Assembly (NCBI GenBank): GCA_002269645.1 | Contig: NIVC01003245.1 | Span: 1 to 64,000, forward strand | DNA length: 64,000 nt | Direction of reading: 5' to 3' | Source: Macrostomum lignano | Lineage: Eukaryota | In this document: positions 48,759 to 61,064 of the stretch, one piece after another | Position numbering within the stretch: position 1 is the stretch's first letter | Layout: the number at the start of each line of letters is the position of its first letter | Notes under the pieces: model-generated | The model's database searches: none | Seen by the model: the letters and a program-made list of their open reading frames with translations, nothing else | What the model was told of the DNA's origin: nothing | Program-made: the position numbers and the translations under genes

Positions 48759-51700
48759 GCTTATTGCCTTGTAGAAAATGCCTTTGACAATTTGTTAGCT
48801 ATCTATTACGCACGTACGTAGGTGCTAATCTTTGATAAGAAATCGCATTTTTATTTTCTTTACAGCAAGCGAAAAAAGTGGCATTTTCAGTTCTAATTTT
48901 TTGTTTGCCACTACTAGGTTTAAATTACAATTCTAGCGCATGTTCGAAACGGCAAGGGCCCTGTCTGGTCGCTCTCGGACTTGAACGGTCCATGCTATCT
49001 ATATTTGAAATTGAGTTATTGGGTTTATTAGATACCGCTATGAATTTTGTAGCAAAAAAAATTATTTTTAAAAGAAAACAATAAATTATTCGTTTGTTTC
49101 CCAAAATTCAAAACAAATACTATTTTAACCACAGAAAGTAAAAGGAAAACTGTACTATTTTATTTTACTTCTTTTGCCACACCGGAGAATCTACGTTTCG
49201 AATCCGCAGCATGTTCAAAATATGGAATCATTTTGAGATACTTCGTTTTTTGTCTTTATTTTATCAATTTCGCTTACGAAATCATATTAACTATTTTAGT
49301 GCATATTTTTTCCGTAGTGCATTCAACTGACTCTAAGCGCGCACAGCATATGAATGGCGTACGTAGGCTCTAGCTACTCATACAAGGACGAGGTCCTTTC
49401 ATTCGTACAGGATGTAAACATGGAGAAGGAGAAATGAGGCTACACTCGCAAGTTGTGAAAACTGCTTGAGGACTGAAACGAAACACACACGTGCTGTGTT
49501 TTATTACATATATACATGTTTTAGTAAAACATAAAACATTAATAAAACATGTTTTGTTTTTATTGACTATTTGGAAATCGGATGTTCAAACTCGTAGAGA
49601 TATATTACATGTATATGTATTACGATTTTAAAATACGAGCATCCTTAATACTGGATGCCCATGTAGTGTACATTTTGCTGCGAAAAGCAGCTCCCGACAA
49701 AATTTGCATGATTTGAGAGCGTATTATTATACTTTAGCTGTCCATAGATGTAAAGCGGTACTTGGTTGTCATTTTCACTTTTCAGGTATGTAGTACATAG
49801 CTTGAATTTATTGCAATGTTGGCGACTGCAATTGCTTGATTCCAACCAATATGGTGTAAAATTCAGACGCCTACTGCACCGAAGTTTTTGTTACTGATTC
49901 AAATTATTTTATCACGTATTTTGCTATATTAGGAAACCTACACATTTTATATTGCGAAAGAATACAGAAGAAAGAGTTTGATTGATGCCTTTACTCGAAT
50001 TCCTAGCACTTTTGTAAACAGTACATGTGCATAAACTATTCACCTTCAATGCTTTTTATATTGTACGCTTGTCGAGCCCTCAAGATTCTCGAACGCCTTC
50101 GGCTTCTTACGAGCTATATGTAGTCCAAGGTAGAATGAATAATTCAGGCTATGCGGATTCCTCACTCGATTCGAGGCACCTTTTTATAGGAAAAAAGGTA
50201 GAGGAATATATGTCAATAAGTTTTTTTTCAACCCATGCAGTCTGCATCGCAGCAGAGAGTTCATTTCCTTGAATCAACATGGCCTAGCCGGCCTACTCAT
50301 AAATCCTGACCGCGATAGTGACTTGAGTTTAGTCAGACATTTGTTTGAAATATATAAGCTCCGATTGTTTGAGTGATCTCGATGGCCTATTTGCGCTTCC
50401 GCGAGGTCCATTACTCGTGATTGTAAATACTTTCGAGCAACATTGGAAAAATGTTGTGTGAATGAAAAATGACTGTGTTTGCTACAGTCATTAAGTAGGC
50501 AATATGTTTTTATTTGAAGCGAGCGAAATGCCATGCACAGTCTATCATAATCAGTGAGCACCCACCCATTTTTGAGAAAATACCACTTGACAATTGCTTT
50601 TTTCTGCTACAGAACGGAGCAACGTAGGTACACGAAACTCAAGGAGACTTCATCAATGCTGCTAGGGCATTCAGTACAGCACTGCGCTTCAGACCTTGCC
50701 TTGCCAACACAAATCTTCATACTTCATCAGCACGTCCACCGCATCATGTCTGGCGTCATCGGTCAGACTTCGATGGCCGACCGGTCTTTTACCCTGGCTT
50801 CTGGACCTAGCCTAAGCCGACAGTTGACCCGCAGCCAGCGAGAGGGCAAGCAGCTTGACAGATGTTCACCCAGGATGTACAGCGGCCCTATGAACCTTTC
50901 ATTCTCCGGCATGTACATTTCAAACGACTATGTGGCCTGGGACTTAATGGGGTTGAATCGTACAACAAAAGCGACGTTGACGCGTGATTCCTGACATTTT
51001 AGCGCCGAGCCAATCTGCTCCCTTCGGTAGATACTATTATTTAATGATCAATTTTCCAGCGGAATTCCCCGTCAATCGAACCTGGGTTCTAATGACAAGA
51101 AGACTCAAGTAGTGAAGTTCAGATAAACAACACGGATATATTACACCAGACAGCCCTGATGTGGTTGCATACCACACAAAGTTAAGTCTGTAAAGCATAG
51201 AACAGGTCCTGAGGAAATTGTCGATCACTTGGGACCAGCGCATGTCAGACTAATTAAAATAATGGCATTGGCACGTGTCCCCGCATGCAGTCGGATAATT
51301 AAAGGAAGTTGGCCCGAAAGACGTAAATTTCGACGCAAGCTACGTGTACGCATCCTAGATTCCGAAGCTCCGAAGTTTACTCGCATGGTTGAAATGATAA
51401 TTGTGGCCAGAGCATATTTGCGTCAAGCTTGAATTTGATTCTGACTGATTGTACGTGCGCAATGTCACGAGGTTGTTTTCTTGTCATTTACCTTGAGCTG
51501 TCCCGTTGACGACTTGTTTTAGGTCGCGTTGATCAATAAGCAGCTTGCAAAGCGTCCGTGAAAAAGTTTTCTCGTCGTTTTCTGCGTCTTTTTGCGATTA
51601 AAACGAAGAAGATATTTTTTACAGCAAGCAGCGCGGCTCTTCCTTTGAGGTTTTGGTGCGATTCACACCTATGAGGATCAACCCCACAAGGCGCAGAGAC

Positions 51701-52164
51701 CGTCACTGTCTATGGTCAAAGCAAATCTGCTCACGACTGATTTAAGCATGGGTAAAATTGGATAACTTTTCGTCTCAGTATATTTCACTGCGAGAGCAAA
51801 CACAACATGAATGAAACACGAAATAAACGAAATAATTCAGTAAATAACGTTTGGGAACACAGAATGATATGTGGTTGGATAGTTCATCAATATAGTTACC
51901 TCAAATACATGGTCGTAGTTAGAAACTGCAATCCACGACACACCTGTCTAGCGTGGTGTAATGTTGAATGTGCTTGGATTGGACAACTCTGCGTCAATCA
52001 ACTGCTGCTGTCTTACGCTCAGACCAGTCCATTGACTAACTTCTTCACCAGGATCACGATGTCCAAGTTGCTGCAGAAACTCAATCTCATTCATTTCTAA
52101 ACCGCTAATATCTTCCTCTAGTATTGATTCCCAGTGAAACATGGCTAATTCCGAACCTTTAAGT

Positions 52165-53390
52165 ATATAATCATGGATGTTTAATGCGCATTCTAGGGTT
52201 AGAAAGTCCGAGGCTGCATTTGATGGTCTCGAGGCGAGCGAAGCGAGCCGAGGACCATTAAGTGTGGCCGAGGACTTTCTACCATAGAATGCGCATTAAA
52301 CTACCGTGATCTTATATGAAATCCGAATTACTTATTTTTGTAGCTTTCTCTTGAGCCGGGCCGAATGCGGTGCAGCCAGTCGGCAAAGATTCGACTGGGG
52401 GTGTGGGGGCGAAGCCCCCACATTGGAACCATAGACAAATTTTCCATAAATTTAAGACAGTACTAGCTAGACGAAATCCGAATTACTTTCTTTCGTAGCT
52501 TTCTCTTGAACCACGCCGCGATGGAAGAAGAATTTGATAGCGACAACTTTTTTAATTTTTTCGATCTAGCCCCTGCTGGAAATGTAGTTCCGCCGCCCCT
52601 CGGAAACGCTAAAACACTGCCGACCAAACCTAGCTCTCGTTTCGGTGAGTTGCTTGATGAGACCGCTTTGGAGCGCAGAATGCTAGAGAGCTCACCTGAG
52701 TCTACACTAGCAAGAGAAAAGTGGGCGATGAATGTGTTCCAGACGTGGAAGGAGAATCGTGTCCAACTGCAAATGCAAGGCCGTCTGTCAGGACTCGCGG
52801 TGATTAAGCCTGTCGAAGAGCTTACAAAGAATGAGATCAACGAACTGTTGCACTTCGTTTTTGAGGTGAGGAAGGAGAATGGCGAAAAATATCCGCCGGG
52901 AACTCTGAAAAACTTGGTATCGATGATCCAACACTTTTACGTGAGCCTGTCGCTTCTGGAGATTCCAGCGCTTCTATTACTGACCACGGTGTCAAGTCTA
53001 TCATCATTGATGGAGCTAAAATCGAAATTCAGTTTAAGTGAGTTTGTGAAACGTTTAATGCATTGCCTATTATTGAAAAAAACGTAATATGTTTCCTATA
53101 TAACCCTACCAATTGTCCATGGCTTGGCTAGAAAATTGTTTTTTGTTGCTTCGTTATACAGTATATAATAACAGTTTTTTTGTTGCATCCAAGTACACTG
53201 TCTGGTTCTGTTTAGTCTATGGTTCAAACTGCTTTCATTTAGGGACCATTAAATCATTTGATGGTCTCCATTTTGGAGCCCATCAAATTATTTGATGTGC
53301 CTGGAATTATAGCACTTTAAACCATAGACTAGGCTTTCCTGGCTCAGAATGAGCCCAATAAATGTCAATAAAATAAGTAATCGGATTTTA
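52165..53390 (+). mobile_element. Crypton-like (tyrosine-recombinase DNA transposon) internally deleted element; ORF from ATG 52521
   Basis: Translation ..STLAREKWAMNVFQTWKENR..VEELTKNEINELLHFVFEVRKENGEKYPPGTLKNLVSMIQHF resembles the N-terminal region of Crypton/DUF3504 (ZMYM/QRICH1/KCTD1-related) proteins. No catalytic R-H-R-H-Y core is present. Flanked by a ~150-bp hairpin with a central GCGAAGC loop and an inverted GAAATCCGAATTACTTATTT motif. Confidence 0.7.
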
Positions 53391-53588
53391 TAGCTGTTTA
53401 AATCTTATTTTTCTCTCCCACCCACCAGGAGAAGAATGCTTCAAACTCTATTTGGGTTTCAACCATAGACAGTCTCCGCGGACTGCGAAACCGCCACTAA
53501 GCATATAGCTAAAGCTTTTTCAACCATAGACAGTTTCTGTGGACGTGAAACCGCGTTGTGCGTCCGCGCTTCAGCCTACCCATAACAC

Positions 53589-53728
53589 TAATATGGACTG
53601 GCTGTTGAGGACTGAAATGAACTGAAACGCATATCGGTAGCTGTCCGCAGTAGTTTATAATCTTCTCTTAAATCTACTGTAGCTCCGCGTTGCAGTTCAT
53701 TTCAGTCCTCAACAGCCAGTCTATATTA
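53589..53728. mobile_element. MITE-like hairpin, 42-bp inverted arms (53589-53630 / 53687-53728, 2 mismatches)
   Basis: TAATATGGACTGGCTGTTGAGGACTGAAATGAACTGAAACGC versus the reverse complement of GCGTTGCAGTTCATTTCAGTCCTCAACAGCCAGTCTATATTA. Confidence 0.7.
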
Positions 53729-53729
53729 A

Positions 53730-56076
53730 CAGTAGGAATACCAAGCCATTTTTCCGCCCGTCGAACTACCAAGAGGGGGGGAAAAATTCCCCCCCCCCTG
53801 ACAATTTTTTTTGCTGCGCCGGAACGGAGCAACGCAGGCACACAAAATTCAAGAACACGGGCTAACTTTTTGTTGCGCACCTTCTCAAACAAGAATCAAG
53901 TCGCCAACCCTCCGGACCGTCGAGATATTCGACGATTCTGCCAGAAGGTCGGATTTTTCCCATAAGCGCTAGTGTATTCAGTATACCCCTGTGCGCCAAA
54001 TAGCACTGCGCCTCAGTGCAGCCTTGCCAAGTCTCCAAATTTCATCAGCACGTCGACCAAATGTGTCTGCATCAGCTCTGACTTCGTTGGTTACTGGCCT
54101 TCACCAAGACGGAGCTTCTAGACCTTCAACAGGTGGCACCAGGTGACTATGAACACCTTGATACGAATTTCTCTAGTTTCGCCGATCAAGCCTCGACAGT
54201 AGGCAAGCCTCAACTGCCAGACACCCTCAGCTAGTCTCCTGAGCATTCATTCCTTCATCATCCCGACACCGTCGGCACCTTCAACAGGTGGCATCAGGTG
54301 ACTATGGACGTCCTGTTGCAAATATGTCAGGTCTTTCTTATCAAGCTTCAATAATGGGCAAACCTCAACCGACGGACATTGTCAGCTAGTCTCTCAAGCC
54401 TTCCGTCATCATCCCGACGCCGTCGACTCCTTCAACAGATTACACCAGGTGACTATGGACAGCCTGTTGCAAATATGTCAGGTTTTTCTTATCAAGCTTC
54501 AATAATGAGCAAATCTCAACTACTGGACATCCTCAGCTAGTCAGTCAAGCATTCAGCCATCATCCCGACGCCGTCGGCTCCTTCAACAGATTACACCAGG
54601 TGACTATGGACAGCCTGATAAGAATTTCTCTAGTTTCGCCGATCAAGCCTCGATAGTGGGCAAAAATCAACTGCTGGACATCCTCAGCTAGTCAGTCAAG
54701 CATTCAGCCATCAACCGGACGCCGTCGGCTCCTTCAACAGATTACACCAGGTGACTATGGACATCCTGTTGCAAATATGTCAGGTTTTTCTTATCAAGCT
54801 TCAATAATGAGCAAACCTCAACTGCTGGACATCCTCAGCTAGTCAGTCAAGCATTCAGCCATCACCCCGACGCCGTCGGCACCTTCAACAGGTGGCACCA
54901 GGGGAGTAAGGACACGTGAGCGTGATTTTTCATCATGCTCTTAACATTTCTGAAGCTCTCAAAATTTTTAAAGCACGGACATTGCTATAGTTAAGCTTGA
55001 ACTCATGTTGCTGTATATTTATATTATTATTACACATACTTTTATGCATACGAGCTACATACATATTTTATTCGAAAAGCTGTTTAGTTTATTCAACTAT
55101 AATATTGAACCCAATTTTTTTGCAGAAAGGGTTATGCTTTTAAGAAGCCAGTAAATTCAATCCGTTTTTTCATTTTTTAATGATTCAGAAATGTTAATAG
55201 CATGATGAAAAATCACACTCAGGTGTCCTTACTCCCCTGGTGCCACCTGTTGAAGGTGCCGACGGCGTCGGGATGATGGCTGAATGCTTGACTGACTAGC
55301 TGAGGATGTCCAGTAGTTGAGGTTTGCTCATTATTGAAGCTTGATAAGAAAAACCTGACATATTTGCAACAGGCTGTCCATAGTCACCTGATGCCACCTG
55401 TTGAAGGAGCCGACGGCGTCGGGATGATGACGGAATGCTTGAGAGACTAGCTGACAATGTCCGTCGGTTGAGGTTTGCCCATTATTGAAGCTTGATAAGA
55501 AAGACCTGACATATTTGCAACAGGACGTCCATAGTCACCTGATGCCACCTGTTGAAGGTGCCGACGGTGTCGGGATGATGAAGGAATGAATGCTCAGGAG
55601 ACTAGCTGAGGGTGTCTGGCAGTTGAGGCTTGCCTACTGTCGAGGCTTGATCGGCGAAACTAGAGAAATTCGTATCAAGGTGTTCATAGTCACCTGGTGC
55701 CACCTGTTGAAGGTCTAGAAGCTCCGTCTTGGTGAAGGCCAGTAACCAACGAAGTCAGAGCTGATGCAGACACATTTGGTCGACGTGCTGATGAAATTTG
55801 GAGACTTGGCAAGGCTGCACTGAGGCGCAGTGCTATTTGGCGCACAGGGGTATACTGAATACACTAGCGCTTATGGGAAAAATCCGACCTTCTGGCAGAA
55901 TCGTCGAATATCTCGACGGTCCGGAGGGTTGGCGACTTGATTCTTGTTTGAGAAGGTGCGCAACAAAAAGTTAGCCCGTGTTCTTGAATTTTGTGTGCCT
56001 GCGTTGCTCCGTTCCGGCGCAGCAAAAAAAATTGTCAGGGGGGGAAATTTTTCCCCCCCTCTTGGTAGTTCTACTG
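53730..56076. mobile_element. Foldback-like non-autonomous element: long modular inverted repeats (53730-54954 / 55184-56076), about 230-bp AT-rich spacer, TTAA on both sides
   Basis: Arms are reverse complements from CAGTAG..CTACTG inward. Each arm contains 151-155-bp tandem units (CCTTCAACAG marker 6 times on the left, 4 times on the right). No transposase ORF. Confidence 0.85.
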
Positions 56077-57069
56077 TTAATATATTGCCGGATCTAAGAC
56101 TGCCGCCCACTTCTTGGCCATAGACATACATGTAGACTGACCAACAGTCGGCAAAAATCATTTCACACGCACGATATACCTAAGGTATATCTTGGCCATA
56201 GACATAAGAGCGCTAAACACATATACTGTGGTCATAGATATAAAAGGGAACAATAAGCATCTGTATGCCCTTTTCCGGCAGCAATTGCAAAAACTGAAGC
56301 CGCGTAGCATACACCAAAGATCATATATACATATAAGATAAATATAGACCTATGGCATACACATGACATACACATGGCATACACAAAAGGGCATACACAT
56401 GCTTATATTGTTGCAAGCATTCTGCCGCATCCTTGCCTGCAAGTCCTTAATTCATTATTAGAGGTCAACCCCCGCAGCTTGAAGTGGCTTCAGCCTCTTC
56501 CAACTTTCTAAATCTCCCTCTGGGAGATGCTCAAGTCCCTCCCTAGACGAGGCTTTCTAAAACTCTCTCCTGACAAGCGGAAATTATTTGAATGCAAATT
56601 TTTTCACTTTGCGTTTGCGAAAGTTGTATCATTTTTTCAGTGTCCAGAGCTTTTGGTAGGCTAAAATTGGTCTCCTGTTCTGCTTTTGGACATTGTTTAA
56701 CTTTATAAATGCTAACTCATTAATTAATTAGGACAGGGCTCATCGTTACGAGCGCATATTCATAAATCAGTTTGATTTCCCAACAATCTCTTCACTGACT
56801 GACCAATCGCTTGCAGCTGATTCTATAAGAGTAGAATAATCAGGAAAATGACGGGAGCTCATTGGACACGCTGAGCGGTGAGCAGCGGGCGGCCTTCATA
56901 TACCCGGGCCTGAGCGGCGCAGATTTCAGGGTGAAACTCCTAAAAGCACTGCTTAGACTTGTGTGTCATAAGGCAACCGACTTGATTGAAGTTTTCTTTG
57001 GTAAGTTCTTCATTTCGTATTTAGGTATACGAGTCAAGTGGTTATTTACTAATGCCACTGATTATTCAC

Positions 57070-58037
57070 TGGCGTCACTGATCACTCAGTAGCGTCACTG
57101 ATCACTCAGTAGCGTCACTGATCACTCAGTAGCGTCACTGATCACTCAGTAGCGTCACTGATCACTCAGTAGCGTCACTGATCACTCAGTAGCGTCACTG
57201 ATCACTCATTAGCGTCACTGATCACTTAGTAGCGTCACTGATCACTCAGTAGTGTCACTGATCACTTCAGTAGCGTCACTGATCACTCAGTAGCGCGACT
57301 GATCTTTCACTATAGTATCACTGATCACTCTGATCACTGATCACTGATCACTCAGTAGCGTCACTATCACTCAGTAGTGTCACTGATCACTCAGTAGCGT
57401 CACTGATCACTCAGTAGCGTCACTGATCACTCAGTAGCGTCACTGATCACTCATTAGCGTCACTGATCACTCAGTAGCGTCACTGATCACTCAGTAGCGT
57501 CACTGATCACTCAGTAGCGTCACTGATCACTCAGTAGCGTCACTGATCACTCAGTAGCGTCACTGATCACTCAGTAGCGTCACTGATCACTTAGTAGCGT
57601 CACTGATCACTCAGTAGCGTCACTGATCACTCAGTAGCGTCACTGATCACTTAGTAGCGTCACTGATCACTCAGTAGCGTCACTGATCACTCAGTAGCGT
57701 CACTGATCACTCAGTAGCGTCACTGATCACTCAGTAGCGTCACTGATCACTCAGTAGCGTCACTGATCACTCAGTAGCGTCACTGATCACTCAGTAGCGT
57801 CACTGATCACTCAGTAGCGTCACTGATCACTCAGTAGCGTCACTGATCACTCAGTAGCGTCACTGATCACTCAGTAGCGTCACTGATCACTCAGTAGCGT
57901 CACTGATCACTCAGTAGCGTCACTGATCACTTAGTAGCGTCACTGATCACTCAGTAGCGTCACTGATCACTCAGTAGCGTCACTGATCACTCAGTAGCGT
58001 CACTGATCACTCAGTAGCGTCACTGATCACTCAGTAG
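57070..58037. repeat. 20-bp minisatellite (CACTGATCACTCAGTAGCGT)
   Basis: About 48 copies, highly homogeneous in the 3' two-thirds. Confidence 0.97.
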
Positions 58038-60714
58038 TCTCTTGTGTCCTTGTTTAACATCAACAGATGGTAACATCAGTTAGCTTCATTAAACTGTAAG
58101 TATGGAATGTCATGAATTTCAACTACGTGATGTACTTTTATCTACCTACGTGGATTTGCGCCGTAAATCTGTCACCGGAGTCTATTTTGATCCTTGCTAC
58201 TAATTAATCCCTGAACGCATTTGAAGCTGTCGCTGGCACACGCAGAATTTGACTTAACTGGCATAAATGATTCGCTAATTGCTGCAAAACTCTCTCCACC
58301 GCGCCTCGCTTAGCACCTGTTGGACCATAATTGATAATAAATCTTTTATCGAGAAAAAACATTCCACAGATTTGCGGCTCAACTTTGAAATGATGAGGCG
58401 GCAGTGGAAATATTTCCATGACTACTGTTTTGCTTATATTCAGGACCTTACATGTATATAGTTGAACCAGATGGTGAAAGGAAGACTTGGTGGTAGAGCG
58501 GTTTATTCACCCGTGTTTGCTCATAAATAGCCCCCTCCCCCTTCAGGCTTCTTGAGGTCACTCAGAGGACCTTGGAGCTTTTTTATGAGTCCGAGAGCAA
58601 AACCTTATTGGCGCCCACCTGGAGATCTGGAGTTCAACTTCACTTCACTGTTCAAACAAATCTCGAGTTCTTGTGCTGAATTTGAGAATTCCAAGGACCT
58701 TTTTTAATACTCGTGTCTGGACTGGAAACCAACCCGAAATCTCAAAATTATTCAAAATCCATAATTAAAACACAAACTGATTGGGGCATTTTTCCATCTG
58801 ACCCATCTGACACGAATCGCTATAGATCGACAAGATAAAAACCAGCGTGGAACTTTAAAAAAATTCAGTTTCAATCTAAAAAGTGTCAAACTTTTAGAAA
58901 ATGAGATGCATATCCAGTTAAAACTTTTTATTAGATCAGCTGGTTCCAATTTCAGAGAAAATTCTCGTCCTTTTCCAAGAATTCAAAAAGTTAGAAGCTT
59001 TTTAAAAATTGTTTAACACTTTTTGAGAACTAAATTTCATTTAAATTGCAAACATTTTTTCTGTGTCCGAGAAAGAGCTTCGATTTTTCCTAGAAATCAT
59101 CAAACTAAATATTTTCTAGGAAATTGGCTTCAAGTTTCCTGGAAAATTTCTTCACGCTTCTAAAAAATGAATAAGGAATCTAAAGAATGGTCTCAAAGTT
59201 TTCTAGAAGTGGCTCTGTCATGAGAAATCATTTTTGCGCTTGTTAACAATCAAGTTCACATTTCTAAGAAATTACTGCACGGTGTTTCTAAGAAATCGAT
59301 CCCGTCTTTGGCACATTTGGCGGCATTTTTTATTAAAATGAAACCAATTAGTGATAGTTGCAGAAAGTGCAAGCCATCTCATCGTCTCATCAGGAAAAAG
59401 TTCCTTAATTGAGAAAATGCGGGACACAGAAATTCAGTTAGCAAAAAATGCTGAATCATCGGCGAACCCCCCCCCCACCCGAGAATTGAGCCTCGAACAG
59501 CGGAAATCGACGCCTTTTTCGGGCGACCGAATGAAGATGATTTCCATGTAGCAGAGCCTGCAGAAGGAAATTCTCTTTTTTTTGGGGGGGGGGGGTATCC
59601 GGATCTCCAGCTCTGGTTGTCTACAAAAAAGGATGCGAGCTTCATCCGCCCACATCTGGCTGCTTTGTCCTGTCAAACGCCGAGCCAAATGCTGGGCAAA
59701 CTTCCTTGCACCCCCCCATCAGATGGGACGCAGGCGGAATAACTGGAGAACGTGGGAGGCATATCGGATGCTCTTGCCACAAATTCCATGTTGCAGATGA
59801 GAGGGAGACTGTGAGAGGAAGAGACGAGAGGCAGACTGTGGATGGCGAGAGAGTAGACAAAAGACAGCGCGACACTGGACTGACAGAATTAGTCTGGGTT
59901 AAATGTACTTTCAGAGTGAACTGGCCGCACCGACGAGTAGGAGCAGCAAAGCGGGTAGGCGGGCAAAAGTTTGCTCAGAAAACATTTGCCAACTGCTGCA
60001 TGGGGCGACAAACAACAGTTGCGATGCACGCCGCGTGGCAGTCGCCGATCAGCTCAGTCTAAAGAGAATGAGTCAATCATTAAAACAGAAAATGGGGCGC
60101 GAACTCTGAGCACGGTTACTACAAAAGTACTACGAGTGTATTAAACACAGGCGAATGTCTAAATAAAGCTGACCCAACCGTCTGCATTCAGTCAACTCCG
60201 AGAGGGCTCAACAAGACTTCCCCCCATCCTCTGGGCTTCCGTTACTAACTGTTGGGAGCCTGAATCTGAGCACAGAAAAGGAAGCCCTCCTCATCTCGCC
60301 TCGGCTGGCCTTTGGGTCACCTCATTCCTCCTACTCCTGCTATTCAGCTCACTGTGAGTACGGACAGAAGGCCGCGGTTTATCCGGACTTCTCTGTCAAT
60401 TTTATAATGAAATTAACCCGGAAAACCCGGGAAACTGCTATAGCTGAGCTGCTGGCCAACAGACGACCAAGCTTGACGGAAGACACTCGCAGCTTAGCTG
60501 AGCTTTGGACTATACTAGGATTTCGGGTGGAAGCCAAGAGCCCATTGTGATGCGTATTTCTGGCGCAGTTTCAATTGAGTTAGAGTGCCCAATTGGCACG
60601 TTCAGGCGCGTCTGTCATTCATTCCAGCTTAGAGGTTCGATCAAATCCTTGACGCGTCCAAGACCTAATGAAATATTGTTGGCAGGAGGGCTTCGGGCAC
60701 CAATCATCATCGCC

Positions 60715-60960
60715 CCACTACCAGCGCTGACGACAATTCTGCTTGCTCATTCCGCTGACTCCTGGGCACATGCAAGCGCGTCAATACTGTACGCAGGCAC
60801 ACACTCATACACACCGCTCACACAGGGTGTACAGCAGCCCTGAATTTCTAATCGTCAGGCATGTACACTCTCTGTGCCTTGAGGGTTGTCCCTGGTGGTG
60901 GTGATTCGCACGTCAAGACCCAGCTAGGAATCGAACCAGGATCGTCTACAGCTGAGCTGC
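60715..60960 (-). mobile_element. Dispersed SINE-like copy with B box
   Basis: GGTTCGATTCC (minus strand, 60937-60927) upstream of the shared body. Confidence 0.78.
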
Positions 60961-61064
60961 TGTGCCCGTCTATGACTTCAAGTTTAACCAAAATCAACAT
61001 TTCAGTTACAATCGTTGAGAATCGCTAGATAAGCTACTCTATCAAGGACAAACGCAACCGGACC

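Noticed and set aside
53730-54954. 151-bp units as a CRISPR-like repeat-spacer array
   Set aside because: The intervening sequences are homologous to each other rather than unique spacers, and the array is mirrored in the opposite arm.
56862-58461. Short ORFs at 56862..57092 and 58204..58461 as exons of another gene
   Set aside because: Isolated splice-like sites, but I could not build a phase-consistent chain or recognise a domain.
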